From the NCBI GenBank assembly GCA_965215005.1, contig CBDCCZ010000011.1, positions 1 through 64,000 on the forward strand: a stretch of DNA of 64,000 nt, in the 5' to 3' direction. Source of the DNA: Kofleriaceae bacterium. Its GTDB lineage: Bacteria > Myxococcota_A > Polyangia > Haliangiales > Haliangiaceae. Both the position numbers and the translations under genes were made by a program. Position 1 is the first letter of the stretch. Each line of letters opens with the position of its first letter. The notes beneath the pieces were generated by a model that was given only the letters and a program-made list of their open reading frames with translations, was not told the origin of the DNA and did not search any database. Positions 62,367 to 64,000 of the stretch are shown in pieces.

Positions 62367-62810
62367 ATGGCTAATTCAGTCGACAAGATCCCCAAGGGAT
62401 ACCACTCCGTCACGCCGTACCTCGTCTTGAGTGGCGGGTGCAGCAAGGCGCTCGAGCTCTATCGCGAAGCGTTTGGCGCCGAGGAGCTCATGCGGATGGA
62501 AATGGGCAGTGGAATCGGGCATGCCGAGGTCCGCATCGGCGATTCGATCATCATGATGGCCGATGCGGCGCCGCCCGAATGGCCTGCGACTTCCTCCCTC
62601 GTCATGCTTTACGTGGAGAACTGCGATGCGGTGTTCGAGCGGGCGGTCGCCGCTGGGTGCAGCGTGATGCAGCCCCTCGAAGACAAGTTCTACGGCGATC
62701 GCTCGGGCACGGTGCGCGATCCGCACGGACAGATGTGGTGCATCGCCACCCACATCGAAGACGTCTCTCCAGAGGAGATGGCGAAGCGCGCGCACAACGA
62801 GCCGCACTAA
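62367..62810 (+). CDS. VOC/glyoxalase (PhnB-like) protein
   Basis: IPKGYHSVTPYL, HAEVRIGDS and DKFYGDRSG.VRDPHG..W motifs. Confidence 0.92.
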   Translation: MANSVDKIPKGYHSVTPYLVLSGGCSKALELYREAFGAEELMRMEMGSGIGHAEVRIGDSIIMMADAAPPEWPATSSLVMLYVENCDAVFERAVAAGCSVMQPLEDKFYGDRSGTVRDPHGQMWCIATHIEDVSPEEMAKRAHNEPH

Positions 62811-62871
62811 GCCCGTGACGCGGCGGCTAACCTGGCTCCCGAGCCGCGCGCGGCTCTGATAGGCTCATTGC

Positions 62872-63990
62872 ATGGGCAAAATCCTCCTGATGGGCCGCCG
62901 CTCGGCGGCCGTGGAGGCCGTTCGGCGCCTTGGCCACACGCCGATCACTCTCGACGTCGCGGCGCGTCCGCTCCAGGGACGCCGCGCCTACGGCGGCGCC
63001 GTCGCGGATGCCGTCGCAGCCGCACGCGCGCTGCTCGAGGGTACACGACCTGCGGCGGTGGTGGCTGTGGCCGAGGGTGCCGTGGCACCCGCCGCGGAGG
63101 TTCGCGCCTTCTTCGGCCTTCCGGGACTCTCACGAGAAGTCGCGGCGCGTTGCACCGATAAGCAGCACATGAAAGCGGCCATCGTCGCCGGCGGAGTGCC
63201 GTGTGCGCGCGCGGAAACCGTCACCAATGGCACCACCGCTGCGCAGCTCATCGAGGCGCTGGGGTTGCCGCTGGTTCTAAAGATTCCCCAGAGCTCGGGT
63301 GGCCGCGGCGTTCACATCGTGGAAACCGCGGCCGACGTGGCGGCGCAGATGCAGCCAGGCTTGCTCGCCGAGGCGCTGGTGAGCGGCGTCGAGATGAGCA
63401 TTGAGACGCTACAAGTTGCCGGCGCGGTGCGGTTTCGCAATCGCACGCGCTATCTGGTTCCGCGTTGGGCAAACGTCGTGCCTGCAGCGCTCGCCGCGGC
63501 CGAGCTCGAGGCGGTAGACGAGGTTTGCGATCGGGCGCTGCAGGCCCTGGGCGTGACTCACGGGATCTCGCATATCGAGCTGTTTCTCAGTGAGAAGGGG
63601 CCGCTCTTTAGCGAGATTGCCGCGCGACCACCCGGCGGCCGCATCATGGATCTCATCGAGCTCGCCTATGGCTTCGATCCGTGGGAGGCGCTGGTGCGTC
63701 TCGAGCTAGGAGAGGACGCAGTGCTCCCTCGCCAGCCAATGCGCTTCGCGGGCGCGTGGTTTCTCCATCCTGGAGCCGGGCAGGTGAAGCATATCCGCGG
63801 CCTCGAGCGCGCCGCGGCTCTACCTGGCGTGTGGCGCGCACGCTCTCGAGTGGGTATTGGCGCTCAGGTCGAGGCACGAGTTGGTAGCGGCCAAACCGTC
63901 GGCGATGTGATCGTGACCGGCGACTCCCACGACAGCTGCGTGGAGCGTCTGCGCCGGGCGCGTGAATGTATAGAGATCGACCTCGAGTGA
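62872..63990 (+). CDS. ATP-grasp domain protein (L-amino acid ligase-like)
   Basis: CTDKQHMK, LPLVLKIP...GGRGV, EALVSGVEMSIE, HIELF and EIAARPPGG motifs, plus a C-terminal LAL_C2-like domain. Confidence 0.88.
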   Translation: MGKILLMGRRSAAVEAVRRLGHTPITLDVAARPLQGRRAYGGAVADAVAAARALLEGTRPAAVVAVAEGAVAPAAEVRAFFGLPGLSREVAARCTDKQHMKAAIVAGGVPCARAETVTNGTTAAQLIEALGLPLVLKIPQSSGGRGVHIVETAADVAAQMQPGLLAEALVSGVEMSIETLQVAGAVRFRNRTRYLVPRWANVVPAALAAAELEAVDEVCDRALQALGVTHGISHIELFLSEKGPLFSEIAARPPGGRIMDLIELAYGFDPWEALVRLELGEDAVLPRQPMRFAGAWFLHPGAGQVKHIRGLERAAALPGVWRARSRVGIGAQVEARVGSGQTVGDVIVTGDSHDSCVERLRRARECIEIDLE

Positions 63991-64000
63991 GCTCGTGGCT

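Overview
High-GC bacterial chromosomal window with no rRNA, tRNA, CRISPR array or transposase that I can see. The gene content (three large eukaryote-like Ser/Thr kinases, many Cys-rich lipoproteins, sigma54-type promoters) points to a myxobacterium (inference). About 50 CDSs are supported. They include a partial ECF sigma factor missed by the ORF track, an OYE oxidoreductase/TetR pair, a tocopherol-cyclase-like lipoprotein and a phosphotransferase/His-phosphatase pair. Also present are a TSP3-repeat/vWA lipoprotein, an acyl-CoA carboxylase pair, HtrA, M16 and S46 peptidases, GDH, a maltoporin/GH13 pair, a SelD fusion and an ATP-grasp ligase. Four genes are split by single-base indels in short G/C runs (near 583, 9831, 40633 and 60060), which looks like assembly error. 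The best candidates for undescribed systems are three. (1) A leaderless reductase-MerR-diiron oxygenase operon with a perfect GTGTCAA-N7-TTGACAC operator on its -35 box. (2) A divergent QueA paralogue coupled to an SDR and facing an XRE-cupin regulator. (3) A set of envelope/lipoprotein genes sharing sigma54-type promoters, including a repeat lipoprotein and a lipid-anchored TonB-C-like protein behind a 22-bp tandem repeat. All family calls come from motif recognition by eye; no database searches were run.
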